Shown: positions 21,701 to 30,300 of the stretch, one piece after another | Layout: every line of letters begins with the position of its first letter | Position numbering within the stretch: position 1 is the first letter of the stretch | IMG/VR virus record: IMGVR_UViG_3300011338_000368 | Location: 1-57,670 of that record | Length of the DNA: 57,670 nucleotides | Source: a virus | Lineage: Duplodnaviria; Caudoviricetes | Reading direction: 5' to 3' (one strand) | Made by a program: the position numbers and the translations under genes | The notes under the pieces: generated by a model | Databases searched by the model: none | What the model was told of the DNA's origin: nothing | Seen by the model: only the letters and a program-made list of their open reading frames with translations

Positions 21701-22381
21701 TCCTAGTGCGATAACTTCTGGGTTATCCTTCACTTGTTCAAATATTGAGTTCCAAGTTTTAGCCGCCATAGCAACCTGCAACTTTGCCATGTGCTCTGGA
21801 GTAATATCTTCAGAGGATGCTACATCTGGTAACTCTGGAATAGATTGCCTTTGCTTCTTGTACTGTACATAACTAAGCTTTTTAGGGTCTACCTCATCTA
21901 TGCTATTGGCAATGGTAAGACTTGGGTCGTTTAACTCTGTTACTGCGGTATTGTATTGGGTTAAAGTTTCTTTATTATTATTTTCAACTATTTTATTCTC
22001 TATCTGGTCTCCTAGCTCGTAGTTTATGGAAGCAAATGGACTATTGTTCCCAGCTACATCAAGTGGCTTGTATGTAATTCCAACTAGCTTACCCTTTGTA
22101 TATTTATCCTTGTTATAAATATCTGCATATTGATAGCCTAATCCAGCTAACTCATCGTCTGTTACGATGTCGGTGTCTGCCTTTGGTTTTAGGTTAAACT
22201 TAGCGACTTCTGGGGTGTCTTTAACAGCGTTTAATAGCTCATTGTAGTACCGAGCTCTTTTAGCCGTTTCATCTATCTCCTCAGTTGGGGTAATAGCCGT
22301 TGGCTCACTATAAGGCAATGCATTGCTCTCGCTGTATGTTGTGTTTCCTTTAGGGATAACTTCTCCGTCTTGTAATTCCAT
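9746..22381 (-). CDS. giant virion-injected polyvalent protein (GNAT, zincin HExxH, ADP-ribosyltransferase-like modules)
   Basis: 4211 aa, last gene of the virion operon; IRINEKHRRRGLASKVY (GNAT), VIHEAIH (zincin), AWHGS..F..F..GLYFT..GIDGIKY..NYVVFD (ART-PolyVal-like), HDLFGH, DAYDTFLPEYYSKFGF (GNAT-like). Confidence 0.8.
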   Translation of the reverse strand: MELQDGEVIPKGNTTYSESNALPYSEPTAITPTEEIDETAKRARYYNELLNAVKDTPEVAKFNLKPKADTDIVTDDELAGLGYQYADIYNKDKYTKGKLVGITYKPLDVAGNNSPFASINYELGDQIENKIVENNNKETLTQYNTAVTELNDPSLTIANSIDEVDPKKLSYVQYKKQRQSIPELPDVASSEDITPEHMAKLQVAMAAKTWNSIFEQVKDNPEVIALGYKPKKYDDIVSPKEEDFLEEKLKNKLNKEYAEKSKSTGIKFTPVEKLWDFNSGITDPIDNAINKKNEDEWLANTNKLAKQYGIAPFKSVEDYDQTHVAKWDAYNEKQLKKNNSTIAELNSKLPEKERFPIVKTNEEYQFIFPKLKAAAAKVQAEEVKKFEAKQVKEASKSVAEYNRATGSRYTLPKTKGEAKLVLEKINKEISTYKSKKKAVEDWNANPTGNPYASLGLPRPVDAQYKPYEVLGARVSGNEIVYPAKKITPAEEKAARDAIRASISDLDKNPKGKLIIENLKQLDPSLVPTPPTANVKSKPFTAPAQTYTVTATDANRPYQEQPSYQVDRNLSYVLSEKYTKDLEEQGNLVNISIRDLEKKVNDYTLSYDNLKNKISKEGYTEENNKELDRLDALRDNLSKENNTVSALSTINKVYAGHVFDAKATRGSLTGAAWNNFVAGGEDILNGLYSLEKTIGLGFSNPLKPFGYNFVNKNIKGLFQGDEVVRNIDEQQKKDIIEFASQLKSASSIFKANVSDEYVQKKIEEGSIGSILMQLPRSVPAMALGMVPALQPVAAEIFALQILGEKIPAALNDPRNANLTINQLLATTLPNAMVQGYIENISMKAFGKSMAWVGLTKKAGSEIAAKELISAKMFSDFIQSGVNKVGLNKYISENFVKTAGILLEQTTIEGFENVLQDVTNNVNNSIVNNILKEKHFDVNNSVNAYWESLKSGMVGGFVFGAVSTAGHTIVNKIKVESINNKQFELVRQALQYPAVMKSWVTDIKLKIANKEITLDEGKAYLAGVKEFGYIASKIPTDISVENQKKSFDLIKERMAIEQEVKGKDENLTLAKKQRITEINKQLQAISLETVAAVDNGQVVTTNADGTVTTTPAKTIDGVGTYEFEGKLYVEDKDGNIKLEDGTSVTDQKTIDKIKKEGIFTTQNANSKEAIDSRPNTELFPDETKNSMEVGGSNEKSKISSYREVNGIGITEYTNPTSGIVDVIMTGTSNNDFVGYVRVYENGKATERWTSKMENKSGNTKNFKTMISEAQRLLPAGHEYTEKTNISTDGLGVYAEQLNRGYEILTDESGNPVTEEVFINVSGNKVELSAVNNNEQDKKDFNVVDLGNTEAKRQQNFEKIKKQLAPLLSKLGLTENDVIRKTDDSGQITIESVAIRLPVLKSTNNGNNVTTQQTTEENGKDNQKDNSTSITEVERLRTEEQAELDEKIPNADQYRVYGKVDRTKLTNNADRKAFDEVYAKYDKLITPLLEKEKEGSVGVVGDVKQQELDAQRVNKEAGVDIYVARQVVDANGTKYTLSQINENGNTNTFVIEDANGNEIGKAQLSADANFLENIRINEKHRRRGLASKVYDFIELRKGIELEPSPNKQSKEAKALWDNRNLKKVTEQSIKETPKTRTVFDSLPVGIKASEGAPTSKVHVPLFTAAKTALKVLNKLFPDLEIHFHENSNDFQKVLDATANGKEASTTDGNFAYIKDSNGKYTVRIDINLSHPNASVTTVIHEAIHPILLSELGDKPETFEDLKNQVAKSVGFTKNAKLKEFIKAYDDTEQPEEYLVQLGAILKDSEKIEPNVFRRIAEAINKIVLKITNGKLKPFENVKNSNDTVRYFSSLVDAIRTGNLGNTKLRSQSQKSGAPEMGSKQSRGGLTATDMKSMTVADNGDLLFFHYGDIKGSKIDARKGTPKAYTTDKRVYTANYYYTNESDREGMVGGKVNVVRVPADKVYSFNKDVLGLFDEAKKNSEAHSKGQAFSPNRQADFIAQLAAKNGFDMVVAKWGNGYRAESPKALTIDAALTKQMRTNGSLSTAAVDEKLNQDIYNAAASKANGNSEKYRSAFYGIKDITAKDIMEHPILSRGVPKKLADKYNGGEIKSKQSRSNEDNLISTNIFIGRDNSISEISDSYKRKNNLSTNTPNMTFAVSDKDGKRIADAYDQMKHSPNDPSVKKGFADLITQIKSQADALMSKGYKFQIANEGEGYNSNSKAMVDDVRKTKRIFIDPSSKSFGTDRTFDKENIGLQDSGYKDANGIPMTNVELIRGVHDLFGHNEFGNGFGATGEENAWRNHMSMFTGLAQKALTATTRGQNSWVNFGKHMRNSDGSIKKKGDKGYLSANERPFAEQKIGFLPDWATENAYGDVVTIEGKSVKPVNKYVVEGSEVYEIDDASAFYTAMKNAKESDTLAGIQVELKPVEKIQEIIDKGGRLLITKDGKVGMMVYADGNAGGGFKNTSAEGKNLLKPLLLTSIKLGARYADAYDTFLPEYYSKFGFKPYKRIKFNPEYAEAGWENTILKSKPDIVVLYWDGGSRENIGKNYGKFPEYNKSDGEYTDDYEGAIKEARNISIAKEPTASLIPSKEVIKSKQSVTAWHGSPHSFDKFTTDAIGTGEGAQAFGWGLYFTDLKAIAEGYAKALTKKLPNFNGKTLNILSIEKKFGKNNISAKTLGLLQDAISSTKGAPTKQDLINYVNDNTIKGLDKQRDEALSLIETYNDGKNKEKLYEVTIHEGKTPEQYTWLEWDKPLTDSQLNKISEQANKENVNINKDLIKKNNPLSKDIYREIGTIISQNKGIKFSQSISFLNAAMKEASLFMLRAGIDGIKYPAESVSKGATSETARGFNYVVFDENAVTIKSKQSRVSDILNDTFNQEAKKTKIDKLDVKALARKVVDIIKSSKLYEQTDDIERENAIIDFLKTKGIVQKRVIEPRNKNIISVNEVTALKDQIRLEIKAANDGAKSIEDAVKKIGEIIKGLAKGKKISITSAKALINKFSNMNTANKDSVNSVLDYASKIFNDAEYADKVAQARALNAAMKRAASNNAIPPDTRSIALSFAKINPEAISDIDAHLEAAKKIKDALVGVKENGVKIRKAIDVNEMLDYLNRAMAEQETYDANNPTTTRVVEPLDEEKALEYLASEHDSLLQAAKAVAPSAVLTDAEMAQLKNFLKLSIDDFETMAEKIAAVEALDNFVKNADMGKIPFLLNNQQVKSNINKGVKAIMPKLTSVSLMWFSEQKAKLRGWFDNKTWYRDSPKDFSKTLAYFMNQSIRRIDNLIGNFKNNDVFNNTFKALASGYAKYLFKINSMDADVIFQKVLASFNGNMYKAVQHCYKMTMYKLQLEYESNIGNREVIPAMMHLEKTLKDGNLTKKDKAELRKLIEEFSITDATTGEVKIDTAKIWDSFSEVEKNAAEMLASYYEKLTPYAQHVAVSLRGVPFNPRANYMMLNVINQQTSLSATPPSASQVFAKGTTKAGTIIERDGTAHAVSLDPYNTFNAANRDVMMDYCLLNPIKTVEAIFDKLVEDTADDEKANDVAKSLQFVFKEITDSIINRSFVMSDKVWTDVFNYIKKVGARYMLAKIDKAPAEFAGNAIFAGIAYTENILEGIKNNAYQRNFELSQAMEALDSYSIDRLYPHKGQSGAFLDPNSFDIDVRDKKHFIDGASNVAQVVYYNSLLQAQKGGEAVSDFLVTAPDLAVGRMAWEGTLRLEFKKETGTEIDLEKIIKKDYDYLEEYKDALEKATTEADRVIVDIASSKNPFVGMAKESVRRDYNSFMTSIDGFLRSFSKNENQVGMDAAYALIKSGKIDRARGVRLLAAILARGGVYNSVRAKVLLLLTGLGFAIVNGITGGDDSEEKRRRRARLQLDYMNIEGDDWAEKSTVTAGKKIISAGNIYEVVTGGVTSTNPPSDTSGKIITDGTAKYKWVGTMPRIQGSITGIKDNVSMGTSLRTYDKEFIEKATKAAAPEETMSHSFNKGAAQSAVGIILGRNSGAIFSNLFMAPAVEYANEKFIHPAISSDPYNKYRDGIMYSKMIDRTRKDPELNFIIDNTGVFNPFFKAAVTGYRMFDNKYGDRLREVNKKIENHEKGVKVPREESSQSKYYELLNERDALLEKQKPVKAMMAKNIIIAALTVTGVLPSGKTIDAIADKTLQDKILSPSDMDNIIKNIENARNYSGGEPVRLENPKDNDKVLDYPEVYTNYILQGRKIPAKKP
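13795..16759 (-). repeat. four dispersed copies of a 16-22 nt junction repeat encoding (I)KSKQS(R)
   Basis: + strand: CTCTTGACTGTTTAGATTTAAT 13795-13816; GACTGTTTAGATTTAAT 14604-14620; TCTTGACTGCTTAGATTTAAT 16052-16072; CTCTTGACTGCTTAGA 16744-16759. Confidence 0.85.
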
Positions 22382-22399
22382 TATTTATTGTTTGTTTTA

Positions 22400-23830
22400 T
22401 TATTTCTTTTTTGACCTAGATTTAGCTGCTAACGCCCCAGCTTCTCCTATTGATTTAACTGTTGCAGGACTTAAATCCGTTGATAATAATTGAGCAGCCT
22501 GTACCGTATTCAAGCCCTTTGTATCTATTTCTCTCCGTTTAACAACTCCTTTACTGTTTCTATATAGATATTTAATTACTCCATCTGTATATTGAAATAC
22601 TGGGTGGCTTTGATTATCGGCTTCTCCTTCCTTATTAGGGAATGGATGCGTTACTTCATCAAGCATGTCTCCATTTTTCTGTGCTGCTTGTTTGAATACG
22701 TTTATATAGTGTTTTTTATTATTAATTACACCTCTATATATTTCTCCAGCTTCACCAAGTGTTTCATTTTTAATCTCGGCAGTAAGGCTAAAATTATTAA
22801 CGCTAGGCTCTGCCTTTGTAACTATTTTTACATTTACCCTTGACGCTATTTCTGACTCTATATGAGCCTCTAATTTCTTTTTCTGGGATTCCGTTAATTC
22901 GGCCATACCAACTCCGTTTTTTATTACCATTTTTATAAAATCAGCATTATCTTCAAGCACACCAGCTTTAGCTGCCAACTCTTTTTGGTCATCTCCTTCC
23001 AGATAATATATTGGGGTCTTTCCTAGTTTTTGAGATACTAAATAATATCTATTTCCTAATTTTTCTGTGTCTGCAAAAAACATATTTTTTGCCTGCTTAA
23101 CTTGAGCTTTATAGTTATCTTGATTTTTTACATCAGTCGTAGTAGTCCTACCCTCTACATTTGGAATTTCTCCTATTTGCGTAACAATACTATTAAATGT
23201 TCCATTTACGCCATATAGGTCAGGCATTGTATTGGTTACATTTTGTCCAGACATATCATACCCCTCTAATGTTGTAATCTGTCCATTTTCTATATTTTTT
23301 AAAACTAACTGAGCACTTTTACCATCAGGGGTTAATTGAGCTATAGGCTCTAGTTTATTGCTCTTTAACATTTCTACATTTCTCCCAAATACAAATGCAT
23401 CCTGCATTGATGGATTTGTATTTTTAGCTAAAGCCTCTGAGTGCCCATCAATGTTAGCTTGCGTTTGCTTTAGGCCATTCCAACCAATAGTTAAAGCATT
23501 TTGAAATTGTTTTTCTGGATGTGCGCCTAAAAAAGTAGTCATATTTTCTCCCCCTTTTTGAATCAAATTAATACTAGATTCAGTTTTTCCTGTATTCTCT
23601 CTAAATTTAGCCTTTGTAGCCTCTAAATCCTTTCCCTCGTCTTCTTTCTTTTTTGCAGCTTCCTTTTGAGCCTCTAGTGCAGCTTTATAGTTTAACTCAT
23701 CTTGTTTAATCTTTTTCTTTGCATCTAGCTTTTCTCTCTCTAAATTTATTTTAGTAATAGCGTCAATACCAGTTGCAGTTATTGCTCCGAGACTTGCTGT
23801 TTCATTTGGTTTATATCCTGCGTATGTCAT
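22400..23830 (-). CDS. putative internal virion/ejection protein
   Basis: 476 aa, coiled-coil N-terminus, located between the small ejection protein and the giant protein. Confidence 0.6.
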   Translation of the reverse strand: MTYAGYKPNETASLGAITATGIDAITKINLEREKLDAKKKIKQDELNYKAALEAQKEAAKKKEDEGKDLEATKAKFRENTGKTESSINLIQKGGENMTTFLGAHPEKQFQNALTIGWNGLKQTQANIDGHSEALAKNTNPSMQDAFVFGRNVEMLKSNKLEPIAQLTPDGKSAQLVLKNIENGQITTLEGYDMSGQNVTNTMPDLYGVNGTFNSIVTQIGEIPNVEGRTTTTDVKNQDNYKAQVKQAKNMFFADTEKLGNRYYLVSQKLGKTPIYYLEGDDQKELAAKAGVLEDNADFIKMVIKNGVGMAELTESQKKKLEAHIESEIASRVNVKIVTKAEPSVNNFSLTAEIKNETLGEAGEIYRGVINNKKHYINVFKQAAQKNGDMLDEVTHPFPNKEGEADNQSHPVFQYTDGVIKYLYRNSKGVVKRREIDTKGLNTVQAAQLLSTDLSPATVKSIGEAGALAAKSRSKKK

Positions 23831-23842
23831 GTTATATTATTA

Positions 23843-24505
23843 TTATTTCTTCTTTTTACCACTATATCCCATCCCAGTGAAACCATCCAATAGATTAGTT
23901 CCACCAAGACCAAAACCTTCCTTAGGGTCAGAAAGTGCCAAACTAGATGGAGTATATGAACCACCAGAGCCTGTTCCAGCTGCTTTATATTTAGCAACAC
24001 CTAAAGACGTTAGGTTTTGAGTAGCTCCACCAAGAGCTTGTTGGAACTGAGTAGCTCCCTGAGCTGCGGCTAACTGAGCGCCTTCCATTTGAGAAGCCTC
24101 TAGCTGTCTTTGGAAGTTATAGTAATCGTTATCTATTTGCTGCTGAGTCTTTTGCTTTTCTAAACTTAAATTAAGCGCATCTTGTGCCTTCCTAGTTGTT
24201 AAGTCCATCTCAGCATTTTTTATACCACCCTGAATAGTTCCAACACTACCCAACACAGCAGCAGAACCAGCCTCTCTAGCAGCATCAACCATGTTAGCTG
24301 ATTGCTGGTTGATATTGGCCTGTGCTTGGTCGTACATGTTTACAGGAACACCAACTGCATTCATAGCGTTGGCTTGTTTCGGCATATTTTTTAACTTATT
24401 GTATGATGCTTCTGCGGCTTGTCTAGCTTTCTTTTCTTGGACTAATCCAGCTACTCCTTGTATTGCGCTTAGTCCTAGCCCTACGGCTGCTAATTCTACT
24501 CCCAT
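23843..24505 (-). CDS. putative ejection (pilot-type) protein
   Basis: Hydrophobic G/A-rich N-terminus and Q/A-rich helices, typical of podovirus internal proteins. Confidence 0.6.
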   Translation of the reverse strand: MGVELAAVGLGLSAIQGVAGLVQEKKARQAAEASYNKLKNMPKQANAMNAVGVPVNMYDQAQANINQQSANMVDAAREAGSAAVLGSVGTIQGGIKNAEMDLTTRKAQDALNLSLEKQKTQQQIDNDYYNFQRQLEASQMEGAQLAAAQGATQFQQALGGATQNLTSLGVAKYKAAGTGSGGSYTPSSLALSDPKEGFGLGGTNLLDGFTGMGYSGKKKK

Positions 24506-24506
24506 T

Positions 24507-24911
24507 TTAATTTACTTTTTTTATTAATTCTGTGTGATTTATTCCGCCTTCTGAAAACCCTAGCTGTTTTTGTAATGTTATCATATTTGGATTTCTAATA
24601 CTACTGTAAATATAAGCAAATCCTAGTTCTCTAGCTAATTCCTCACAGGCTATTATTAAATGACGTACTCCGCTCTTTCTCCTGAACCCTCTGATTGATG
24701 GGTCTGATATAGGAAATGTAAACCAACAAAACGCTGAATTAGTTTCATAAACAAACCCTGCACAGATACAGCCATCCTCGTCACATATCATTACGCCATG
24801 TGTGTTCAACGGAGGAAGCATTTCAAGAGATGGCGCTACTGTCCATCCCCACTCTTTCCACCATTTAACCAACACCTCGTAATCTTCAAGCTGTAATTTT
24901 CTGGAGTACAT
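24507..24911 (-). CDS. GNAT-fold acetyltransferase-like virion-operon protein
   Basis: ICAGFVYETNS..CW..FPISDP..R...R..G...LI...EELARELGF; usual position before ejection genes. Confidence 0.7.
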   Translation of the reverse strand: MYSRKLQLEDYEVLVKWWKEWGWTVAPSLEMLPPLNTHGVMICDEDGCICAGFVYETNSAFCWFTFPISDPSIRGFRRKSGVRHLIIACEELARELGFAYIYSSIRNPNMITLQKQLGFSEGGINHTELIKKVN

Positions 24912-24921
24912 TCCTGCAAAT

Positions 24922-25704
24922 TTAAGGAAAAGATTTGATTATATTTGACTGAACAGAAAATAATTCCACTGCATTTGTGGAGTTGATATTTATATCTAAT
25001 ATATTGTAGTTACCTCTAAGCCCGTAGCTTTCAATCTTTGAACTTACCCGTGTTCCGATAATGCTTCCTACCGTTGGGGTTGATGCAGATGCGTAAGTGT
25101 TTATTATATAGCCGCTATTTGTTTTTTCCATACTAGATATATACCCTATGACATTAAGCGTTGTTCCGCTATAGTAAAATAGTGTAGTGCCAGAAGTGGA
25201 GTTGATACCAGTTATAATAGTCAGCGACTCATTGGTAATAATCTCGTATGAGTTAGTTGCTTTTATTGCAGCCAGTACACCGACACCCTTATCAATCATC
25301 GTTGAACCAGTTTCCGCTGTGCCTTCAGAGTTGTTTCTAATACTACAAAACAGCTCACCTTCTTTATTAACAAACTCATTTGCCGATATAGACCCTGTGT
25401 ATGCCCTATCACCAAGATATGCGGTCATTAACGATGACGATATTTCGCCCTCTGTAATATCCCCTGTAAAAGATATAGTCTTAAAAATCTTTACCTCGTT
25501 TGGTGAATTATTTTGAGATATCCTGATAGAGCTTCCGTACTGAGTTCCATAATAGTTTCCTCTTATGCCCATATACTCTTTCCATATTTGTCCGTTCTTA
25601 AAGGTATAAAAATAATTATTCATACCAATCATCATCTCTGGTATGCCGCTATAGAATGAAGTAAATCCATCTACTGAGGGCTGATATGCTACTGTATATG
25701 CCAT
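24922..25704 (-). CDS. tail stabilisation/nozzle protein, C-terminal part encoded as a separate gene
   Basis: GFTSFYS.IPEMMIGMNNYFYTFKNGQIW...RGNYYG...KIFKTI...KEG. Confidence 0.65.
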   Translation of the reverse strand: MAYTVAYQPSVDGFTSFYSGIPEMMIGMNNYFYTFKNGQIWKEYMGIRGNYYGTQYGSSIRISQNNSPNEVKIFKTISFTGDITEGEISSSLMTAYLGDRAYTGSISANEFVNKEGELFCSIRNNSEGTAETGSTMIDKGVGVLAAIKATNSYEIITNESLTIITGINSTSGTTLFYYSGTTLNVIGYISSMEKTNSGYIINTYASASTPTVGSIIGTRVSSKIESYGLRGNYNILDININSTNAVELFSVQSNIIKSFP

Positions 25705-25729
25705 TTTACAAAGATACTATAAAAGCAAT

Positions 25730-25993
25730 TTAGATACTATTTATTAGTTCAATTAACTTTACCCATCTTAATTCAAAGAAAGCATCTGCGCAAATAAAAG
25801 CATCTTTGATTGATACTGATTGCGTTGCTGAAAAAACTAAATAATCATTTAATTCTTTTTCGCTTGTAAAGGTCAATGCTGCATTCTTAAATTCGTTTCT
25901 CGAAATGCTTTTTTCTGGGCAATCCTTTTGCAATTTAATTACAAGATTATCGATGTAATTTTCTACTTCTTTTTGGTATTGTAATGTTTCCAT
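25730..25993 (-). CDS. hypothetical protein
   Basis: 87-aa ORF with A-rich leader. Confidence 0.55.
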   Translation of the reverse strand: METLQYQKEVENYIDNLVIKLQKDCPEKSISRNEFKNAALTFTSEKELNDYLVFSATQSVSIKDAFICADAFFELRWVKLIELINSI

Positions 25994-26015
25994 TTTTGTA
26001 TATTTATTTTTTATT

Positions 26016-26891
26016 TTAAAACCATGTTATAACCACTCTGCCATTGCCACCACGACCACCTGCGCCACCAGTAACACCTGCGCCACCGCCACCGCCACCG
26101 CATCCAATAGCACCATCTCCACCTTTGCCACCTACTCCACTATTATTAGAGCCGCCACCAGAACCACCATAGCAAGTAAATGGCTCTTCAAATTGCAATC
26201 CATCCAAGCCATTACCACCACCTGCTGCACCACCTGCCAATGTAATCCCTAATTGTTGTTGAGCGTTACTTGCTGGGATGATACTACCACCTGCAAAGTC
26301 AGTTGTAGTACACCCTGCGCCACCTGCGCCACCTGAAAATGGCATACCAAACGTAAATGCTGGATTTTTACTAGCACCAACCGCACCAGTTATTGCACCA
26401 CCTAACTCTCCTGCTTGCCCTGCTGTTATCGTTAAAGTTCCTAAGCCTGCATAAGCATTATTTTGTAGTGAGTAACCTGTAATTGTTCCTGCCGAACCCG
26501 CATTTCCACTAGTACCAGCTGTTCCATTATTACCTGTATTAGCTAGTAATAAACTATCTGCTACTACGGAATTTAAACCATCGCCTCTCCGAAACATTAC
26601 TTTAGTAAATCCATCGGTAGTAGTGCCTCCCCCTTTTCCAACTTGAATATATAATATTTGGGGTAAAAATCTTGTAGGAATTAACATAGTAACTATTGCA
26701 CCAGTAGCACCGCCACCACCGCCACCGCCTGCTGTTCCTGCGGCTCTTGATGCACCTGCGCCACCATTACCACCTGCACCAATTGCCCATATATGCAACA
26801 TGGTTGCATTTTTAGGAATTACAAAGGCTTCAACATCCCCTGTATAGTCAAAAACCCTACTAAAATTATCTTTATAAGTTAGTCCCGTCAT
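26016..26891 (-). CDS. glycine-rich tail-fibre-associated protein
   Basis: F.IP..ATML.IWAIGAGG.GG...GGGGGG...GG.GG.GRVVITW glycine-rich domain. Confidence 0.75.
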   Translation of the reverse strand: MTGLTYKDNFSRVFDYTGDVEAFVIPKNATMLHIWAIGAGGNGGAGASRAAGTAGGGGGGGATGAIVTMLIPTRFLPQILYIQVGKGGGTTTDGFTKVMFRRGDGLNSVVADSLLLANTGNNGTAGTSGNAGSAGTITGYSLQNNAYAGLGTLTITAGQAGELGGAITGAVGASKNPAFTFGMPFSGGAGGAGCTTTDFAGGSIIPASNAQQQLGITLAGGAAGGGNGLDGLQFEEPFTCYGGSGGGSNNSGVGGKGGDGAIGCGGGGGGAGVTGGAGGRGGNGRVVITWF

Positions 26892-26893
26892 AA

Positions 26894-27304
26894 TTAATAA
26901 TCTCCGTATATTGTGGTTAATGCTAATCCTGCTGCTATTGTAGTTCCATTAGTTGCTAATAATGAATATCCAGCTTGCAATGGAATATTAATAGGAATAT
27001 CAGTTGCTAAACTTGCAGCCGTTTGACTCAATGTATTAGCTGGTACTGTAATCTCTCTTATCAATCTATTATTTGCAGCCGTTGAATTAGCACCACCGTT
27101 ATTAATAAATATTCTAACTACGGTTTGCACATTAGTACCTAAGTGCCTTACTAATACTTTTTCAACAAAAGCCCCGTTTGTCCCTGCGGTCATCAAAGTT
27201 GATACCGTTCCTGTGCCATCTGTTGCTGTATTCGCTGTGGTTAAGTTTGTTCCAAACCCTATCTTGGGGGTTGCTACATATATTGGGTCTATTCCTGCTG
27301 CCAT
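26894..27304 (-). CDS. small virion (tail fibre accessory) protein
   Basis: MAAGIDPIY...ANTATDGTGTV...VVRIFIN...GDY family pattern, next to the fibre gene. Confidence 0.65.
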   Translation of the reverse strand: MAAGIDPIYVATPKIGFGTNLTTANTATDGTGTVSTLMTAGTNGAFVEKVLVRHLGTNVQTVVRIFINNGGANSTAANNRLIREITVPANTLSQTAASLATDIPINIPLQAGYSLLATNGTTIAAGLALTTIYGDY

Positions 27305-27317
27305 TGTTTAATTTTTT

Positions 27318-30300
27318 TTAATAATAAGTTTCTCTAGTTATTCGTGGTTGTGCTTTTCTAATTGCTGGTTCACCGCCACCTGCGCCACCGCTTGCGCTTA
27401 TAACGTAAGGGGATGCAACATCGCCACTTCCTGTTATTGTTATATTTGTGCCCTGCGAAATTAATGCATTTATGTTAGAAATGTAACCACTTGGATTAGT
27501 TGCATCATATTTTAGTCCAATTGCTGTTGCTTGAGCTGTGCTTACTGGCTTATTAGCATCAGATGTATTGTCTACATTTGCAAGTCCAACGACTGTCTTA
27601 TCAAGCGTTTGGAATGTTTTATCACCTCTATAATATTGAGATGTTGTACCTGCTGTTATTGTAGGCTCTTTAGTAGCCAATCCTGTATTCACTGCATCTA
27701 CAGTTGGAAACTTAGTAGCACTTGCAGTTAAATCTGTTTGTTTATTTGCCGTATCTTCTTTACTTGCAGCTAGCCCACTATATAAACTATTCACCGCATT
27801 ATCACCGCTATTAGTTCCGCTAGTATTAGTTAACTTAGTTCTTTCAGCACTTGTCAAAAATAAATTAGTAGTACCCTGCGTAATGCTATCACTATTTGTA
27901 ATAGTATTTTGCTTGGCGTTTAATGCTGTTTGCAAATCTGTTTGGCTAGAAAGCGTACCTGTAATACTGCCCCAAGTGCCACCACCGCCACCGCTATATT
28001 GTGGGATGTTCAATGTCGCACCAACTAATGTAGCTGCTCCGCTTGTTCCTGTTGTTGTTAATGTTAATTGTTGTTGTGGTGTAAATCCTAACCAGCCTGC
28101 AATAGTTTTATTCACCCATAAAGTGCCATCAAATCCTAATAGATGACCATTTATAGGAGTTGTAGTAATTAAATCCACATCGTGAATTTCTTTTAACTCA
28201 AATCCGTTCTGTGGCTTTACAAATATCTCACCATTGCTAGAGTTTACACGAGTAACTATTCCTATAAAAACTAAATGCGCTGGTGCGTATGGTTTGTTTA
28301 CAAGTCCATAAATTAATGCCCCACCAACCCCTAACCATACAGGGTCTCCAATAGTTGCAGAAGATGTATTTAGCCCAGTAAGTAAACCTTCTGTAATTAC
28401 GTTTACTAGCGCATTGGTACTTCCTCCTGTTTCAAGTAGTCCCATTGTTTTACTTGATGTGGCTTCCGAAGTATTAGATGCTTTACCCACAACCATATTA
28501 GTTCCATCCGCACCCGTTACATACACCGCTTGCCCTTTAACTATTGCTAACCCTAGTTTCACCTGATGCTTAACTGTCGATGTGAAAGACGCTGCTGGTG
28601 CTTCGTCAATCCATTGAGTATTATAATCAGTGGCATCTATCTTAGAAAGTATTTGCCCTGCTGTACCTCCTATTGGAATACCTGAAGTACAACATACATC
28701 AGTAGGCGGTATTACTGGTGGAGCGCTAACAATAAACGTAAATGTCCTGTTAGCACTATTCCCTACGCAGTTTGTTGCAACCACAACAGCGCTAAATGTC
28801 CCTCCTACATCTGAGCCTATTTTTATTACACCATCATCTGTCACAAATATCCCATCTAATGCTGCTTGGCCTCCATTTACTATCGTTGAGTCGCTTCCCC
28901 TAGTTCGAGTAAACGTACTGTAGTTACCCGCAACGATAACGGTCTCTCCTATTCCAACATTAACTATACTAGTAGCCCCCTCTGTATCTGTATAGTTCCA
29001 ACTTCCACCTGTCGTTCCACCCAATACAGATACATCGGTATATACGCTTGTTATCCTATATTTGTATGGATTATTCGTTGCTGCTATTTTAAACTCAACA
29101 TCACTTCCATTTTCTATATTAAATGTTTCTGCTGTTAGTACAGGTACTCCAGCTTCTGAACAAGCTAGTAGTCTTCTTTCTATAACTACTCCTGCTGAGT
29201 TTAAGTTGAATGCGTAAGTTGAATTTCTATACCATCCTGCTGTAAATGTTACTGGCTTGTATGTAGTACTGTTTAATAATTGAGTACCTACATCTGGAGT
29301 TGCTGAATAATAATTTGTATGACGATAACTATTTACTGGCGTATCAGGTAAACAATCGTAGTAGTAATCTCTTTTGGTGTTACTAATTGTGGTTGTACTG
29401 CATGGATATGTGTTTAATACTATCCTAGGAGTCCATCCATTAAAAGAAGTCCCAGTTGGCGGAGATATTGATAAGGTAGAATAAGGATTTTCCGTATTTA
29501 TGTTAGTAAGTATAATTGTATTGTCTAAATCACTCTCTTCTTTAAATACCTGTTGCCCATCATAGTTTACTTCTTTAATAGATTCAGTCGTAAATGAGGT
29601 TATTGCTATGCTGCTGAATACTACAGCTCCGCTATTGTTTTGCCCTAGTCTAAAATTAGTAACAAGTGATGCGCTTAAATTGTCTATATTTAAAGTTGAA
29701 TTAGCTATTATATTTCTGTAGTCTAAAATAAAATATGCATAATCATTTTCTGCATTAAATTCAGCATTTCCAGAATATCCATCTATACCATTATCCGTTA
29801 ATGTTACAGCGGTTGCACCTTCAGCAATAGCATCTATATAGTCATTGCATTGCACATTTGTTTCTACAAATAATACTGAATTTAATTGATGGAGGAATGG
29901 TTTATATCCATTGTCCCCCATATAGTATAGTGTTATTGTAAGGTTTTCTCCGTCTGATGGGATTGTCTGGCTGCCCATAAACCCACTGATATCTAATTCT
30001 GTATTACAATTTGGGGAGAATATATTTTGATACTCACCAACAGTTGTTTTTATTCTTACAGGAAGTTCGCTGTCTTCTTCTAGCCCTACTACAAATACTT
30101 TAGCATTACGATATCCACCTACCCCAGTTTGGGTAACTGGGATAACCTCAATTGTTGGCGTTGGAGTATAGTACGTTATAGTTATATTGCCACTCCTAAT
30201 AGCACCCGCATTCTCGGTAAAAATTGGAGTGTATTCAAAATACCCAGTGCCTACCTTTGGCAGCCCTGTCACCCAAGCAACGTCAGTTTCTATTTTCCAC